A stretch of 64,000 bases of DNA, taken from positions 806,001-870,000 of the forward strand of contig JAYWIR010000038.1 in NCBI GenBank assembly GCA_036172245.1. Reading direction: 5' to 3'. The DNA comes from Raillietiella orientalis (Eukaryota). Position numbers and translations under genes: made by a program. The notes below the pieces were generated by a model. That model searched no databases. It worked only from the letters and a program-made list of their open reading frames with translations, and had not been told where the DNA came from. Numbering within the stretch: position 1 is the first letter of the stretch; each line of letters begins with the position of its first letter. Shown in pieces: positions 63,985-64,000 of this stretch.

Positions 63985-64000
63985 CTAAACCAAAAATTAT

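Noticed and set aside
1..64000. tRNA, rRNA, snRNA (including U2) genes
   Set aside because: None recognised by eye; tRNAscan-SE and Infernal would be needed to exclude intronic snoRNAs.

Overview
Eukaryotic (animal, probably arthropod; an inference from gene content and very short introns) genomic window. No prokaryotic features, CRISPR array or RNA genes were seen. Six spliced genes could be reconstructed with phase-consistent exon chains: NPL4/NPLOC4 (+, about 3.3-15.6 kb, 5' end unresolved), two tandem and highly divergent DEG/ENaC (pickpocket/ASIC-family) channel subunits (+, 26283-30453 and 31686-37501), DRG2 (+, 40698-45153), BCAS3/rudhira (+, 57975-60884) and the 3' part of GEMIN5 (-, 60899 to beyond the window). 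Fragments of a third, pseudogenised DEG/ENaC copy lie upstream of the pair. Introns and intergenic DNA hold many heavily decayed transposable elements. These include a probable Maverick/Polinton relic inside an NPL4 intron, a NeSL/Utopia-type retrotransposon with a nested CCHC fragment, and R2-, R4-, RTE-, L1/Tx1- and Academ-like pieces. All element assignments come from motif recognition by eye and need HMM searches. Most notable observations: the second DEG/ENaC subunit has an atypical pore helix, BCAS3 and GEMIN5 stop codons are only 14 bp apart, and the window has sharp GC/CpG domain boundaries.
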